Shown: positions 52,165 to 63,841, counted from the stretch's first letter. The stretch is DNA of 64,000 bases from a bacterium (GCA_963675755.2 CAXXMD010000001.1:127209-191208), one strand, 5' to 3'. A program made the numbers and translations. Notes: generated from the letters alone by a model not told the origin.

Positions 52165-52785
52165 ATGCAAGCGATAATTGGTAAAAAAATCGGAATGACC
52201 CGGTACTTTGATGAAAAAGGCAACTCAAATGCTGCTACAGTAATTGAAGCGGGTCCCTGTTATGTAACACAGGTAAAGACCAAAGAAACTGACGGATACA
52301 ACTCTGTACAGTTGGGCTTTGGTGAAAAAAAAGAGAAAAATGTTACCAAACCGGTAAAAGGTCACTTTGCAAAAGCCGGTGTTAAACCTGCAAAGATCTT
52401 GAAAGAGATTAGAGACTTTTATAGTGAAGAACCTTTAAAACCGGGCGACGCTATTACAGTAGATACTTTCCAAGAAGGTGATGTAGTAACTGTTACTGGT
52501 TTAAGTAAAGGTAAAGGTTTTGCCGGTGTTATGAAACGCCACAACTTTGGTGGTGGTGAGCAAACACACGGACAAAGTGATCGTTGGCGTGCTCCTGGTT
52601 CAATTGGCCAATCATCTTATCCGTCAAAGGTATTCAAAGGTATACGAATGGCCGGCCGTATGGGTGGTAAGCAAGTTTCTACATTGGGTCTTACTATTTT
52701 AAAAGTAGATCTTGATAATAATTTGCTTATCGTTAAAGGAGCCGTTCCTGGTGCAAATAAGGGAATTGTATTAATTAGAAAGTAA
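52165..52785 (+). CDS. rplC: 50S ribosomal protein L3
   Basis: IGKKIGMTRYFDE..GKGFAGVMKRHNFGGG. Confidence 0.97.
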   Translation: MQAIIGKKIGMTRYFDEKGNSNAATVIEAGPCYVTQVKTKETDGYNSVQLGFGEKKEKNVTKPVKGHFAKAGVKPAKILKEIRDFYSEEPLKPGDAITVDTFQEGDVVTVTGLSKGKGFAGVMKRHNFGGGEQTHGQSDRWRAPGSIGQSSYPSKVFKGIRMAGRMGGKQVSTLGLTILKVDLDNNLLIVKGAVPGANKGIVLIRK

Positions 52786-52790
52786 AGATA

Positions 52791-53420
52791 ATGGAACTTG
52801 AAGTTTACACAAAAGACGGCAGTGCTACCGGCAGAAAAATTGAGGTTTCAGATATAATCTTTAATGCTGAAATTAACGATCATGCGATTTACCTTGATGT
52901 TAAGTCTTATATGACGAACAATCGACAAGGTACGCATGCTACCAAAACTCGCGGACTTGTTTCCGGTGGTGGTCGTAAACCTTGGAAGCAAAAAGGTAGA
53001 GGTACAGCACGTGCCGGTACGTCCCGCTCTCCAATTTGGCGTGGTGGCGGTACGGTACATGGTCCTCAGCCACATCCTTATGTATTTCGTTTACCGCGTA
53101 AGGTGAAAAAACTTGCCAGAATATCAGTACTCTCAGGCAAGAACAGAGATGATCAATTCCGCGTAATTGAAGATTTTAATCTCGATGTAGTAAAAACCAA
53201 AGAAATGTTTAAAGTTCTTACCGGTTTTGGTTTAGAGAGTACAAAAACTCTTGTTCTGTTACCGGAATATAATTCTGACATTTTGTTGGCAAGTCGTAAT
53301 ATCCAAAATCTTCGTGTTTTAACTGCCAAAGATGCATCGACTTATGATTTATTGGATTGCAAAGCGTTACTTGTAATGGAAAGTGCAATCGAAAAACTGG
53401 AAGGTACGTTGTTATCATGA
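52791..53420 (+). CDS. rplD: 50S ribosomal protein L4
   Basis: ..GGGRKPWKQKGRGTARAGTSRSPIWRGGG.. Confidence 0.96.
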   Translation: MELEVYTKDGSATGRKIEVSDIIFNAEINDHAIYLDVKSYMTNNRQGTHATKTRGLVSGGGRKPWKQKGRGTARAGTSRSPIWRGGGTVHGPQPHPYVFRLPRKVKKLARISVLSGKNRDDQFRVIEDFNLDVVKTKEMFKVLTGFGLESTKTLVLLPEYNSDILLASRNIQNLRVLTAKDASTYDLLDCKALLVMESAIEKLEGTLLS

Positions 53421-53725
53421 GAAAAGATCAAGAAATTTTGATAAAGCCCATTTTAACAGAAAAAATGTTAAGGTTGCAAGAAGACCAGGGCAAATATGCG
53501 TTTGTTGTTAACAGTAGCGCAAATAAAATTGAAATTAAACAGGCAGTTCAGAAAAAGTTTGATGTAACAGTAGATTCAGTGTGTACAGTTTTTGTTAAAG
53601 GCAAATCAAAAAAAATGAATACACGTAGAGGAATTACCAGAGGTAATCGCCCGAACTGGAAAAAAGCTATTGTTACTTTGCGGAGTGGTGACTCTATTGA
53701 TTTCTTTGAAGGTACAACAAGCTGA
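53417..53725 (+). CDS. rplW: 50S ribosomal protein L23
   Basis: ILIKPILTEK..ANKIEIKQAV. The ATG at 53417 forms an ATGA overlap with the rplD stop. The tracked ORF start is too far upstream. Confidence 0.95.
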   Translation: MRKDQEILIKPILTEKMLRLQEDQGKYAFVVNSSANKIEIKQAVQKKFDVTVDSVCTVFVKGKSKKMNTRRGITRGNRPNWKKAIVTLRSGDSIDFFEGTTS

Positions 53726-53750
53726 TTTGCTGAATTGGGAGAGTATTTAA

Positions 53751-54572
53751 ATGGCTTTAAAAACATATAAACCTGTTACACCCGGACAGCGATTCAAAAC
53801 GGTAAATTCATTTGATGAAATTACCAGCACTGAAACTGTACGGTCGTTATTGGCCCCGGTTAGAAAAACCGGTGGTCGTAATAATAACGGACGTGTAACA
53901 TCTAGACGTCGTGGAGGCGGCCATAAACGTCAATATCGAATTATCGATTTTAAAAGAGATAAATTAGATATTCCCGCAAAAGTTGCTGCAATCCAATACG
54001 ACCCAAATCGCAGTGCTTTTATAGCATTGTTAAACTATGCAGATGGTGAGAAAAGATATATTCTTGCACCTGTTGGTTTAAAAGTTGACGATCAGATTAT
54101 GTCTGGTGAAAATTCAGAAATTCGTGTTGGTAACGCTATGCCACTTGCCAAGATCCCGATGGGTACTACAATTCATAATATTGAATTGAAAAAAGGTAAA
54201 GGTGGTCAAATTGCACGCGGTGCTGGCGCTTATGCTCAACTAGTAGCAAAAGAGGGTAATTATGCATTATTGAAAATGCCCTCAAGTGAAGTAAGAATGG
54301 TTAGGCTGGAATGTATGGCAACCATCGGTCAGGTTGGCAATACTGACCATATGAACATCAGTATTGGTAAAGCTGGTCGTTCACGTTGGATGGGAAAACG
54401 TCCCAAGGTTCGTGGTGTAGCTATGAACCCGGTAGATCACCCAATGGGTGGTGGTGAAGGGCGTTCTTCTGGAGGTCGTCACCCGTGTACCCCATGGGGT
54501 AAACCGACCAAAGGTTACAAAACCCGTAAAGCTAAACAATCTGATAAATTTATAGTTAAACGACGTAAATAA
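53751..54572 (+). CDS. rplB: 50S ribosomal protein L2
   Basis: ..[19 protein letters not shown].., ..[18 protein letters not shown].. Confidence 0.98.
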   Translation: MALKTYKPVTPGQRFKTVNSFDEITSTETVRSLLAPVRKTGGRNNNGRVTSRRRGGGHKRQYRIIDFKRDKLDIPAKVAAIQYDPNRSAFIALLNYADGEKRYILAPVGLKVDDQIMSGENSEIRVGNAMPLAKIPMGTTIHNIELKKGKGGQIARGAGAYAQLVAKEGNYALLKMPSSEVRMVRLECMATIGQVGNTDHMNISIGKAGRSRWMGKRPKVRGVAMNPVDHPMGGGEGRSSGGRHPCTPWGKPTKGYKTRKAKQSDKFIVKRRK

Positions 54573-54584
54573 CAGGAAATCCAG

Positions 54585-54866
54585 ATGGCACGTTCTCTTA
54601 AAAAAGGCCCTTACATAGACGAAAAACTCTTGATCAAAATTGAATCAATGAATTCGTCTAATCAGAAAAAAGTAATTAAAACATGGGCAAGACGTTCAAC
54701 AATTCCGCCGGAATTTATAGGACATACTCTTGCGGTTCATAACGGGAATAAATTTATTCCTGTATATATTTCCGAAAATATGGTAGGTCATAAATTGGGC
54801 GAATTTGCTCCGACCCGTACATATAGAGGACATGTAAATAAAAAAGCAGAAAAATCAAAGCATTAG
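54585..54866 (+). CDS. rpsS: 30S ribosomal protein S19
   Basis: [28 protein letters not shown]. Confidence 0.97.
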   Translation: MARSLKKGPYIDEKLLIKIESMNSSNQKKVIKTWARRSTIPPEFIGHTLAVHNGNKFIPVYISENMVGHKLGEFAPTRTYRGHVNKKAEKSKH

Positions 54867-54898
54867 TCGTTAATACGTAAAGCTTTTGGAGATATTCA

Positions 54899-55240
54899 AT
54901 GGAAGCAAAGGCGATTGCGAAATGGGTTCGCATGTCACCATTCAAGGTTCGGCGCGTAGCCAAATTGATACGCGGAAAGGTTGTTAATGAAGCAATCAAT
55001 ATTCTGCATTTCAATGATACCGCCGCTTCAGAACCGCTTGAAAAAGCAGTTCGATCAGCAGTGGCAAATCTGGTAAACAACCAGGATGCCAAAATTTCGC
55101 CTGAAGATCTTTATATTAAAGAACTCAAGGTAGATGGTGGTTTTCAGTTAAAACGTTTCCGCGCCGCATCAATGGGTCGCGCGTCACGTATCCGTAAGCG
55201 CACCAGTCATATTACAGTTGTTGTAGCCGAACAAGAATAA
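54899..55240 (+). CDS. rplV: 50S ribosomal protein L22
   Basis: [29 protein letters not shown]. Confidence 0.96.
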   Translation: MEAKAIAKWVRMSPFKVRRVAKLIRGKVVNEAINILHFNDTAASEPLEKAVRSAVANLVNNQDAKISPEDLYIKELKVDGGFQLKRFRAASMGRASRIRKRTSHITVVVAEQE

Positions 55241-55266
55241 GTAAATTAAGAGATAAGGAGATACAT

Positions 55267-55905
55267 TTGGGACAAAAAACTAACCCAGTCGGTTTCAGAC
55301 TTGGAGTTATCCGCACCTGGGATTCCAAGTGGTTCGATGAAAAGAATTTTGCCCACAAATTAAGTGAAGACTTGATGTTGAGACGCTACGTTCAAAATAG
55401 ATTGCAACGGGCAAGTGTTTCCAAGATTGAAGTTGAACGTACGGCAAAGCAAATTACATTGACCATCCATACTGCACGTCCTGGTATTGTTATTGGACGT
55501 AAAGGTGCAGAAGTGGACAAGCTGAAAGAAGAGTTACAGCGTGTAACCGGTATGGATGTTCAAATTAATATCAATGAAATTAAACGTCCTGAATTAGATG
55601 CTTATTTGGTGGCTACAAATATTGCAAATCAATTGGCCGGTAAAATATCTTTTCGCCGTGCTATGAAAAAAGCCATCATGTCAGCAATGCGAATGGGTGC
55701 TGAAGGTATCCGTATTTGTTGCTCAGGTCGACTTGGTGGTGCAGAAATGGCACGTACCGAACAATATAAAAACGGCCGTATTCCTTTGCACACTCTACGT
55801 GCAGATATAGACTTTGCACGTACAACCGCACATACAACTTATGGCGCCATTGGTGTTAAAGTGTGGATTTGCAAAGGTGAAGTAATTGGTGATGTATCCG
55901 AATGA
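55267..55905 (+). CDS. rpsC: 30S ribosomal protein S3
   Basis: [15 protein letters not shown] domain..[13 protein letters not shown] start. Confidence 0.97.
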   Translation: MGQKTNPVGFRLGVIRTWDSKWFDEKNFAHKLSEDLMLRRYVQNRLQRASVSKIEVERTAKQITLTIHTARPGIVIGRKGAEVDKLKEELQRVTGMDVQININEIKRPELDAYLVATNIANQLAGKISFRRAMKKAIMSAMRMGAEGIRICCSGRLGGAEMARTEQYKNGRIPLHTLRADIDFARTTAHTTYGAIGVKVWICKGEVIGDVSE

Positions 55906-55926
55906 TTTTAATGGAGCGATAATCCA

Positions 55927-56346
55927 ATGTTAATGCCAAAAAGAATCAAATATAGAAAAGTTCATCGCGGAAATCGTAAGGGTAAGGCTATCCGTGGTTC
56001 TCAGATTTCTTTCGGAAAATATGGTCTGAAAGCAATGGAACCACACTGGATCACAGCCCGTCAGATTGAAGCTGCTCGTATTGCGATGACTCGTTATGTA
56101 AAACGTACTGGTAAAGTATGGATAAGAATATTCCCTGACAAACCTATTACCAAAAAACCTGCAGAAACTCGTATGGGTAAAGGTAAAGGTGCACCGGAAT
56201 ATTGGGTAGCCAATGTAAAACCTGGACGTATTATGTTTGAGCTTGATGGTGTGTCTGAAGAACAGGCACGTGAAGCACTGCGTTTAGCAGCGCACAAGCT
56301 CCCCGTAAAAACAAAATTTGTCATGGTTGCAGAGACTGGAGAATAA
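55927..56346 (+). CDS. rplP: 50S ribosomal protein L16
   Basis: [29 protein letters not shown]. Confidence 0.97.
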   Translation: MLMPKRIKYRKVHRGNRKGKAIRGSQISFGKYGLKAMEPHWITARQIEAARIAMTRYVKRTGKVWIRIFPDKPITKKPAETRMGKGKGAPEYWVANVKPGRIMFELDGVSEEQAREALRLAAHKLPVKTKFVMVAETGE

Positions 56347-56350
56347 TGCA

Positions 56351-56542
56351 ATGAAAATTGATGAATTGCGGCAATTATCTGCTGAAGATTTAAAAATTCA
56401 GTTGGAAGATGCGATGGAAGAAATGGAAAACCTGCGTTTTCAACATTCTACCCATCAGCTTGATAATCCACTGTTGATTAGATATAAACGTAAAGAAATT
56501 GCACGTATCAAGACTTTAATTACTGAAAGTTCAAATAATTAA
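56351..56542 (+). CDS. rpmC: 50S ribosomal protein L29
   Basis: MKIDELRQLSAEDLKIQLED..LRFQ. Start set at ATG 56351, just after the rplP stop. Confidence 0.93.
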   Translation: MKIDELRQLSAEDLKIQLEDAMEEMENLRFQHSTHQLDNPLLIRYKRKEIARIKTLITESSNN

Positions 56543-56575
56543 GCCGTTAAAATAAATTTGGCTTGGAGAATTTAA

Positions 56576-56833
56576 GTGGAAGAAAGAAATTTTAGAAAGT
56601 CTATTGTTGGTGTTGTTGCCTCTGATAAGATGGACAAAAGCCGGGTTATTGTTGTTGAGCGCAACATTATGCATCCACTTTACAAGAAATTTGTAAAGAA
56701 AACTTCTAAATTTATGGCTCATGATGAAAACAACGAAAGCCATATTGGTGATACCGTCCGTTTGATGGAAACTCGTCCTTTAAGCAAAAGAAAACGTTGG
56801 CGGTTAGTTGAAATCGTTGAACGTGCCAAATAA
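56576..56833 (+). CDS. rpsQ: 30S ribosomal protein S17
   Basis: ..[32 protein letters not shown]... GTG start after GGAGA. Confidence 0.95.
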   Translation: MEERNFRKSIVGVVASDKMDKSRVIVVERNIMHPLYKKFVKKTSKFMAHDENNESHIGDTVRLMETRPLSKRKRWRLVEIVERAK

Positions 56834-56872
56834 TTGAATTTAAGCTAAACCGCGTAGAGAAGGATTGCAACA

Positions 56873-57241
56873 ATGATTCAAGAATATAGCAAACTCAATG
56901 TCGCAGACAATACTGGTGCTAAAAAAGTTATGTGCATCAAGGTTTTGGGTGGCAGTAAAAGACGCTATGCAACAGTAGGCGATGTAATCATCGTATCTGT
57001 CAAACAGGCAATGCCTAACGGAACCGTTAAAAAAGGTGATAAAAGTAAAGCGGTTATTGTTCGTACCAAGAAAGAAAATCGCCGTAAAGATGGTTCTTAT
57101 ATCAGGTTTGATGAAAATGCAGCAGTATTGATCAATGATGCTTTGGAACCCAGAGGTAGTCGTATCTTTGGACCAGTTGCTCGTGAATTGCGTGAAAAAG
57201 AATTCATGAAAATCGTATCGTTGGCACCAGAAGTATTGTAA
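56873..57241 (+). CDS. rplN: 50S ribosomal protein L14
   Basis: [28 protein letters not shown].. Confidence 0.97.
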   Translation: MIQEYSKLNVADNTGAKKVMCIKVLGGSKRRYATVGDVIIVSVKQAMPNGTVKKGDKSKAVIVRTKKENRRKDGSYIRFDENAAVLINDALEPRGSRIFGPVARELREKEFMKIVSLAPEVL

Positions 57242-57274
57242 TTTGAATAATTTATCAAATAATCGGATAATATC

Positions 57275-57601
57275 ATGCGTGTAAGAAAAAACGATCAAGT
57301 ATTGGTAATAGCTGGAGAACAAAAGGGAACTAAAGGTAAAGTTCTCAAAGTTTACCCAGAGTCCAATAGAATAATTGTTGAAGGTGTTAATTTCATAAAG
57401 AAACATACAAGACCTTCACAACAGAACCCTCAGGGTGGCATTGTTGAAAAAGAAGCACCTATTCATGTGTCAAACGTAATGGTTCTTTGCCCCAAAACCG
57501 GTGTACCAACACGGTTGGGTTCAAATGAGATATTTGATGAGTCACGCAAAAAAAACAAGCGTGTACGCATTTGCAAAAAAAGTGGTGAAATGATCGTTTA
57601 G
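57275..57601 (+). CDS. rplX: 50S ribosomal protein L24
   Basis: [27 protein letters not shown] motif. spc operon order. Confidence 0.95.
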   Translation: MRVRKNDQVLVIAGEQKGTKGKVLKVYPESNRIIVEGVNFIKKHTRPSQQNPQGGIVEKEAPIHVSNVMVLCPKTGVPTRLGSNEIFDESRKKNKRVRICKKSGEMIV

Positions 57602-57625
57602 GTCAAAATTGGTGGAATAATAATA

Positions 57626-58186
57626 ATGGCAAAACAAGATTACAAACCAAGGTTAATCGACGTCTATAAGAACCAAATTGCAGCTCAGATGCAAAAAAAG
57701 TTCGAGTACGGCAATGTTATGGAAATTCCTAAACTTGAAAAAATAGTACTCAATATGGGTGTAGGCGAAGGTACCGAAAGTGCAAAAAATGTTGATACTG
57801 CAATGGAAGACTTGATCAAAATTGCAGGTCAAAAACCAGTAATTCGTCGTGCCAAGAAATCCATATCAAATTTTAAATTACGCCAGGGCATGCCGGTAGG
57901 CTGCAGTGTAACACTGAGACGTAATCATATGTATGAATTCTTGGACCGTTTAATTTCTGTCGCTATTCCTCGTGTACGTGATTTTCGGGGATTGCCGGTA
58001 AAATTCGATGGACGCGGTAATTATAACATGTCAGTAAAGGAACAATTGGTGTTCCCTGAAATTGATTATGATAAAATTGATAAAATTCGCGGATTTAATA
58101 TTACCATCGTTACAACGGCCAAAACAGATGAAGAAGCATTCGAATTGTTGAGTGCTTTTGGAATGCCGTTTGTTAAAAAGTCTTAA
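57626..58186 (+). CDS. rplE: 50S ribosomal protein L5
   Basis: ..[31 protein letters not shown].. Confidence 0.97.
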   Translation: MAKQDYKPRLIDVYKNQIAAQMQKKFEYGNVMEIPKLEKIVLNMGVGEGTESAKNVDTAMEDLIKIAGQKPVIRRAKKSISNFKLRQGMPVGCSVTLRRNHMYEFLDRLISVAIPRVRDFRGLPVKFDGRGNYNMSVKEQLVFPEIDYDKIDKIRGFNITIVTTAKTDEEAFELLSAFGMPFVKKS

Positions 58187-58202
58187 AAGGTGAGGAGTTA
58201 TC

Positions 58203-58388
58203 TTGGCAAAGAAAGCATTGATCGTTAAGGCAAATAATGAGCCTAAATTTAAAGTCAGGAAATACAATCGCTGTTCCAGATGCGGTCGTCCTCGGGCATA
58301 TTACCGCAAGTTTGGTGTATGTCGTTTATGTTTGCGCGATTTAGCCCTGGAAGGAAAGATTCCTGGCGTTATCAAAGCAAGTTGGTAA
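58203..58388 (+). CDS. rpsN: 30S ribosomal protein S14, type Z (zinc-binding, 61 aa)
   Basis: ..[35 protein letters not shown] start. Confidence 0.95.
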   Translation: MAKKALIVKANNEPKFKVRKYNRCSRCGRPRAYYRKFGVCRLCLRDLALEGKIPGVIKASW

Positions 58389-58446
58389 TTAATAATTAAA
58401 TCCATTAGTAATTGTTTACGATTAAGGGTTGTTAGGGAGAACTTAA

Positions 58447-58845
58447 ATGTCTAAAACTGATCCCATCGCTGATTATCTGACAAGAATCAGAAATGCGAGT
58501 AGGGCTAAACATCGTAAAGTCGATATTCCGGCTTCGAGCTTGAAAAAACAAATAACAAAAATATTACAAGAAGAAGCCTATATAAAGAATCATTTGATTA
58601 TTGAAGATGGTAAACAGTCCTTAATTCGCATTTATTTGAGATATAATGAAAGTAATGAGCCCATTATCTCGGGTTTGAAGCGAATCAGTAAGCCTGGTTA
58701 TAGAAGATATGTTGGTAAAGATAGAGTGCCACGTGTATTTAATAACCTTGGTGTAGCCATCATGACGACTTCTCATGGTGTAATGACCGGCCAGGAAGCC
58801 CGTAAAAAGGGTATTGGCGGTGAAATTTTATGTTACGTTTGGTAA
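58447..58845 (+). CDS. rpsH: 30S ribosomal protein S8
   Basis: [22 protein letters not shown]. Confidence 0.97.
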   Translation: MSKTDPIADYLTRIRNASRAKHRKVDIPASSLKKQITKILQEEAYIKNHLIIEDGKQSLIRIYLRYNESNEPIISGLKRISKPGYRRYVGKDRVPRVFNNLGVAIMTTSHGVMTGQEARKKGIGGEILCYVW

Positions 58846-58866
58846 AACGCTAATTAGGAGATTATT

Positions 58867-59409
58867 GTGTCACGAATTGGAAAACTTCCAATAATAGTTC
58901 CCGAAGATGTGAATGTTACAATCACGGGAAACGCTATCACAGCAAAGGGCCCAAAGGGCGAGTTGTCTGTTGATGTCCATCCGGAAATGATAATTTCATT
59001 TGAAGACGGTCAAATTGCTGTCAAGCGTCCGTCCGACGGAAAAATTCATCGCGAATTACATGGACTTTCACGCTCTTTGGTTAGTAATATTGTTGAAGGT
59101 GTGAAAACCGGTTTTGAAAAGCGCCTGGAAATAGTTGGCGTGGGATACCGTGCAGAGATGAAAGACACCAAACTTATTCTTTCTCTTGGTTTTTCTCACC
59201 AGATCATATTTGTACCCCCTGAAAACATTGAAATTGCTGTTGAAGGAAAAGGAAACAATACGATTATTGTCAAAGGGATTAAGAAAGAACTGGTTGGCCA
59301 GGTTGCTGCAAAGATTCGGTCTTTCAGACCACCCGAACCTTATAAAGGTAAAGGTGTAAGATATGCGAATGAAGTTGTACGTAAAAAAGCTGGTAAGACA
59401 GCAAAATAA
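58867..59409 (+). CDS. rplF: 50S ribosomal protein L6
   Basis: SRIGKLPI.VP..V......GPKGEL..PEPYKGKG. GTG start after AGGAG. Confidence 0.96.
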   Translation: MSRIGKLPIIVPEDVNVTITGNAITAKGPKGELSVDVHPEMIISFEDGQIAVKRPSDGKIHRELHGLSRSLVSNIVEGVKTGFEKRLEIVGVGYRAEMKDTKLILSLGFSHQIIFVPPENIEIAVEGKGNNTIIVKGIKKELVGQVAAKIRSFRPPEPYKGKGVRYANEVVRKKAGKTAK

Positions 59410-59449
59410 ACGTATAATAACCAGATAATTATTAATCAGAGATAAGAAA

Positions 59450-59824
59450 ATGGCAAATAATACTAGTATAAAGAAATTGGCTCGTGAACGTCGCCGCAAA
59501 CACATCCGCAAAAATTTGAGCGGAACAGCTGAAAAACCAAGACTGGTGGTTTTTCGTAGTAATAAGCAGATTTATGGTCAGATCATTGATGATGTAAGTC
59601 GTAGCACTTTGATTTCTGCTTCCAGTCAATCAAAAGAAATTGCTGCAGATGTTCAAAAAGCTAAAAGTAAAACTGAAGTTGCTCAAATTGTAGGTAAATA
59701 TTTGGCTGAACAGGCAGTTCAGAAAAAACTGTCTACGGTTGTTTTTGATCGTGCCGGATATATTTACCATGGCCGTGTTAAAGCTTTTGCAGATGGTGCA
59801 AGAGAAGGCGGATTGAAATTTTAA
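59450..59824 (+). CDS. rplR: 50S ribosomal protein L18
   Basis: ..[44 protein letters not shown]. Confidence 0.96.
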   Translation: MANNTSIKKLARERRRKHIRKNLSGTAEKPRLVVFRSNKQIYGQIIDDVSRSTLISASSQSKEIAADVQKAKSKTEVAQIVGKYLAEQAVQKKLSTVVFDRAGYIYHGRVKAFADGAREGGLKF

Positions 59825-59848
59825 GATAATTGAAATTCAAGGTGTAAA

Positions 59849-60397
59849 ATGAAAAATCGCGTGGAAAAAATAAATCCCAACGAATTGGATTTGACTGAAA
59901 AGGTTGTTCATGTTAACCGTGTTGCCAAAGTAGTCAAGGGTGGTCGACGCTTCAGTTTTAACGCTATTGTTGTTGTTGGTGATGGCAATGGACATGTAGG
60001 AATTGGGTTAGGTAAAGCCAACGAGGTTACCGACTGTATTTCTAAAGGTGTTGAAGCTGCCAAAAAGAACCTGAAATCAGTTCCCTTGATTAATGGTACT
60101 ATAACTCATGAAATTGAAGGCAAATACGGTGCAGGTAAAGTATTTTTAAAACCAGCTTCTCCTGGTACAGGTGTAATTGCTGGTGGTCCTGTACGTGCAA
60201 TTATGGAAGCTGTTGGTGTTAAAGATGTTTTAACAAAAAGCCGTGGTTCTGCTAATCCACATAATGTTGTTAAAGCAACAATGAATGCCCTGGAATCATT
60301 AATGGATGTACAATCCATTGCTAGAAAACGCAATATGACTGTTATGCGTGTTTTCAATACCGTACCTAAAGTACAGCCGGTTGAAGAGAGTGAATAA
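59849..60397 (+). CDS. rpsE: 30S ribosomal protein S5
   Basis: ..[36 protein letters not shown].. Confidence 0.97.
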   Translation: MKNRVEKINPNELDLTEKVVHVNRVAKVVKGGRRFSFNAIVVVGDGNGHVGIGLGKANEVTDCISKGVEAAKKNLKSVPLINGTITHEIEGKYGAGKVFLKPASPGTGVIAGGPVRAIMEAVGVKDVLTKSRGSANPHNVVKATMNALESLMDVQSIARKRNMTVMRVFNTVPKVQPVEESE

Positions 60398-60422
60398 GAT
60401 TTAATTTTTGGGAAAAACCAAG

Positions 60423-60614
60423 ATGGCAAAAAAAACAAAAAGAATTAAAATTACTTTGGTACGCAGTACCATTGGCCGACTGAAAAAGCAAAAAGATACA
60501 GCTATTGCTCTTGGCCTAAGTAAGGTAAATAAAACTGTTGAACATGATGATTCACCCGTTATTCGTGGAATGGTGAACCGTATTTCGCATCTTGTTCAGG
60601 TAGAAGAAGTATAA
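60423..60614 (+). CDS. rpmD: 50S ribosomal protein L30
   Basis: [23 protein letters not shown]. Start set at ATG 60423. Confidence 0.93.
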   Translation: MAKKTKRIKITLVRSTIGRLKKQKDTAIALGLSKVNKTVEHDDSPVIRGMVNRISHLVQVEEV

Positions 60615-60646
60615 ATTATCAATTTGTATAAAGGACTAGCGCGAAA

Positions 60647-61078
60647 ATGGATTTATCAACTTTAACATATGCCCCGGGTTCAAGAAAAAATAGAAAACGC
60701 GTAGGCCGAGGTGGCGCTCACGGTAAAACTTCTTGTCGTGGTCATAATGGTCAGCGGTCCCGTTCCGGCTCTAAAAGACGTTTATGGTTTGAAGGTGGTC
60801 AAATGCCTATCATGCGTCGTTTACCGAAACGTGGTTTTTACAGTTTCACCCGGAAAGATGTGCAAATCGTTAATCTTGCTGATTTGATCAAGATTCAAGC
60901 TGAAGAAATCACTCCTGAAATTTTGTTGGAAAATGGATTGATTCGTAAAATTGATGTTCCTGTTAAAGTATTAGGCGATGGTGAATTGACAGGCAAGATC
61001 TCTGTCACCGCCAACGCTTTTAGCAAATCTGCAAAGGAAAAAATTGAAGCTGCTGGCGGGAGGGCTACAGAATTATGA
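60647..61078 (+). CDS. rplO: 50S ribosomal protein L15
   Basis: ..RVGRGGAHGKTSCRGHNGQRSRSG..FEGGQMP..RRLPKRGF. Confidence 0.96.
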   Translation: MDLSTLTYAPGSRKNRKRVGRGGAHGKTSCRGHNGQRSRSGSKRRLWFEGGQMPIMRRLPKRGFYSFTRKDVQIVNLADLIKIQAEEITPEILLENGLIRKIDVPVKVLGDGELTGKISVTANAFSKSAKEKIEAAGGRATEL

Positions 61079-62409
61079 TGGAAAATGTTAAAAACATTTT
61101 CAAGATTCCGGAACTGCGCAAAAAGATCCTGTTTACTGCCATTATCCTTGTAGTTTATCGTGTTGGTGGTCATATTCCGGTACCCGGTATCAATGCACCT
61201 GCATTATTAGAATATTTCGAGCAGGCACAAAGAGGGCTGTTAGGTTTATACGATCTCTTTGCCGGCGGTGCATTTAAACGCGCTACTATTTTCGCATTGG
61301 GTATTATGCCCTATATTTCCGCATCCATTATTATTCAATTATTGGGTGCCGTTGTTCCTTATTTTCAGAAATTGCAAAAAGAAGGTGAACAGGGACGTAA
61401 GAAAATTACCCAACTCACCCGTTATGGAACTGTTGCTATTTCTGCAATGCAGGGATTCGGTGTGAGTGTTTTCCTCGAATCTATTGGTTATTCACCTGTT
61501 ACCGGTCAATTGGTAGTTCCTATGCCAGGTTTTGGTTTCAGACTTTTAACCATGTTGACACTTGCAAGTGGTACTGTAATCATCATGTGGCTTGGTGAAT
61601 TGATTACTGAACGTGGAATTGGAAATGGTATTTCTTTGATCATCTTTATTGGTATCATTGCTCGTTTCCCCAATTCCATTTTTAATGAAATTCAGTCTGT
61701 CGCAAGCGGTACTCGTCCGTTAATCACAGAACTTGTATTGTGGGCCATTTTCATCATCACAGTTTGGTGTACAGTTGCTTTGACTCAAGGTACCCGCAAG
61801 ATACCTGTGCAATATGCAAAGCGTGTTGTTGGTCGTAAAGTTTATGGTGGACAACGCACACATATTCCTCTTCGTGTGAATACTGCCGGTGTTATGCCCA
61901 TCATTTTCGCCCAATCAATATTGTTTGTACCCCAAACAATTATGCAATTTTTTCCAAACAGTGACTTTGTAGCTTCTATGAATATGCTGTTTGATTATCA
62001 ATCATGGACTTATTGGATTATCTATGGTTTGATGATTGTATTCTTTACTTATTTTTATACTGCAATAGCTTTTAACCCAATTGATGTTGCAGATAATATG
62101 AAAAAACAGGGAGGATTTATTCCCGGTGTTAGACCTGGAAAAAAGACTTCTGAATATATTGATCATATTTTAACAAGAATCACCTTGCCCGGTTCTATTG
62201 CATTGGCTTTGATTGCAATTTTACCTTCTATTGTATCAAAGTTTGGTCATGTTAATTATGACTTTGCCAGCTTTTACGGTGGTACATCATTACTCATCGT
62301 TGTTGGTGTAGCTCTTGATACTCTGCAACAGATTGAATCACATCTGTTGATGCGTCACTATGACGGATTTATGAAAACCGGCAAGATTAAAGGTAGACGT
62401 AGATTCTAA
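61075..62409 (+). CDS. secY: preprotein translocase subunit SecY
   Basis: 444-aa 10-TM protein with ..IFALGIMPYISASII.., ..GELITERGIGNGISLII... Start overlaps the rplO stop (ATGA). Confidence 0.97.
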   Translation: MMENVKNIFKIPELRKKILFTAIILVVYRVGGHIPVPGINAPALLEYFEQAQRGLLGLYDLFAGGAFKRATIFALGIMPYISASIIIQLLGAVVPYFQKLQKEGEQGRKKITQLTRYGTVAISAMQGFGVSVFLESIGYSPVTGQLVVPMPGFGFRLLTMLTLASGTVIIMWLGELITERGIGNGISLIIFIGIIARFPNSIFNEIQSVASGTRPLITELVLWAIFIITVWCTVALTQGTRKIPVQYAKRVVGRKVYGGQRTHIPLRVNTAGVMPIIFAQSILFVPQTIMQFFPNSDFVASMNMLFDYQSWTYWIIYGLMIVFFTYFYTAIAFNPIDVADNMKKQGGFIPGVRPGKKTSEYIDHILTRITLPGSIALALIAILPSIVSKFGHVNYDFASFYGGTSLLIVVGVALDTLQQIESHLLMRHYDGFMKTGKIKGRRRF

Positions 62410-62428
62410 AAAACAGGAAATGACTGGA

Positions 62429-63076
62429 ATGAGAACGATATTTTTAGGTGCACCCGGAACCGGTAAAGGAACCCAGGCATCTGTTTTAGCTGAAAAATAT
62501 TCTATTCCCCAGATTTCTACCGGAGACATCTTGAGACAAGCTGTTAAAGATGGTACAGAACTGGGTAAAAAAGCAAAATCAATTATGGAATCTGGTGGTC
62601 TTGTATCTGATGAAATTATAATTGGATTGATTGAAGAACGTCTGGAACAAGATGATTGTAAGAATGGTTATATTCTGGACGGTTTTCCACGTACTATTGC
62701 TCAAGCCGAAAGTCTTGATGCTTTATTAACCGAAGCAAAACCCATTGAAGCGGTTATTTATTTTGATGTACCGGAAGATGAAATCATTAAAAGATTAACC
62801 AGCCGACGTACTTGTAATAAATGTGGTTACAATTACAACATGATAACTGATCCTCCACCAGCTGATAATGTGTGTAAATTTTGTGGTGGTGAGGTAATAC
62901 AACGTGATGACGATAAAGAAGATACTGTTAGAAATCGTTTGGTTGTATATCATGAAAAAACTGCTCCTTTGAAATCATATTATGAAGAGCAGGGTAAATT
63001 AAAATCTGTAGATGCAAGTCAACAAGTTGATAAAGTACGTGTTGAATTGGTTGACATTTACGAAAATTTGAGATAA
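62429..63076 (+). CDS. adk: adenylate kinase (Cys4 zinc lid)
   Basis: MRTIFLGAPGTGKGTQ P-loop and lid CNKCG..CKFCGG. The ORF is open from ATG 62420, but ATG 62429 has better RBS spacing and a canonical N-terminus. Confidence 0.94.
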   Translation: MRTIFLGAPGTGKGTQASVLAEKYSIPQISTGDILRQAVKDGTELGKKAKSIMESGGLVSDEIIIGLIEERLEQDDCKNGYILDGFPRTIAQAESLDALLTEAKPIEAVIYFDVPEDEIIKRLTSRRTCNKCGYNYNMITDPPPADNVCKFCGGEVIQRDDDKEDTVRNRLVVYHEKTAPLKSYYEEQGKLKSVDASQQVDKVRVELVDIYENLR

Positions 63077-63079
63077 ATT

Positions 63080-63829
63080 ATGATTCATATACGGAGTAAA
63101 CGCGAAATTGATTTATTAAGAGCCAGTGCCAGAATTGTTGCTGAAGCTCTGAAAATGATTGAATCTCGTGTTACTCCCGGTGTTTCAACAGAGGACTTGG
63201 ATAAGGAAATTGAAGATTTTATCCGTTCTAAAAATGCCAGACCCGCATTTAAAGGATTCAACGGTTTTCCTGCAAGTTCCTGTATCTCTATCGATGATCA
63301 AGTTGTACATGGAATACCTGGCAAGCGAATTTTAAAAGAAGGTGAAATAATAAGCATTGATATTGGTGTTGAACTCAATGGTTATTATGGAGATGCTGCT
63401 AAAACATTCCCTGTAGGGCAAATCGATGAAGAAAAAAAGCGGTTGTTAAAAATCACTGAAGAATCACTTTACATTGGAATTGAAGCCGCTATTGAAGGAA
63501 ATCGTCTTTCTGATATAGGCCATGCTATTCAAGCACATGTAGAAAAAGCAGGTTACTCTGTTGTACGTGATCTTGTTGGACATGGAATTGGTACTGAAAT
63601 GTGGGAAGAACCACAGATACCTAACTATGGTGTACCCAATCAGGGACCGCGCTTAAAGTCAGGAATGGTATTCGCTATTGAGCCGATGGTAAATGTTGGT
63701 ACATATGATGTACAAACTGAAGCGGATAACTGGACGATTGTAACTCAAGATGGAAAACCATCGGCACATTTTGAACATGATATTGTGATTAATGATGGTA
63801 AAGCTGAAATATTGAGCGCCGATCTATAA
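63080..63829 (+). CDS. map: type I methionine aminopeptidase
   Basis: ..ISIDIGVELNGYYGDAA.., ..GHGIG.., ..EPM.., ..HFEHD.. metal ligands. Confidence 0.96.
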   Translation: MIHIRSKREIDLLRASARIVAEALKMIESRVTPGVSTEDLDKEIEDFIRSKNARPAFKGFNGFPASSCISIDDQVVHGIPGKRILKEGEIISIDIGVELNGYYGDAAKTFPVGQIDEEKKRLLKITEESLYIGIEAAIEGNRLSDIGHAIQAHVEKAGYSVVRDLVGHGIGTEMWEEPQIPNYGVPNQGPRLKSGMVFAIEPMVNVGTYDVQTEADNWTIVTQDGKPSAHFEHDIVINDGKAEILSADL

Positions 63830-63841
63830 AGGTAATTTTGT

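Noticed and set aside
56840-57406. 188-aa minus-strand ORF across rplN-rplX, and similar long antisense ORFs (e.g. 59068-59511, 2580-3089, 11058-11525, 33539-33979)
   Set aside because: Each is antisense to a confidently identified conserved gene, has odd composition (F/I/C/N-rich) and has no start context. These are typical AT-rich-genome shadow ORFs. The same applies to the many 60-130-aa antisense ORFs in the track.
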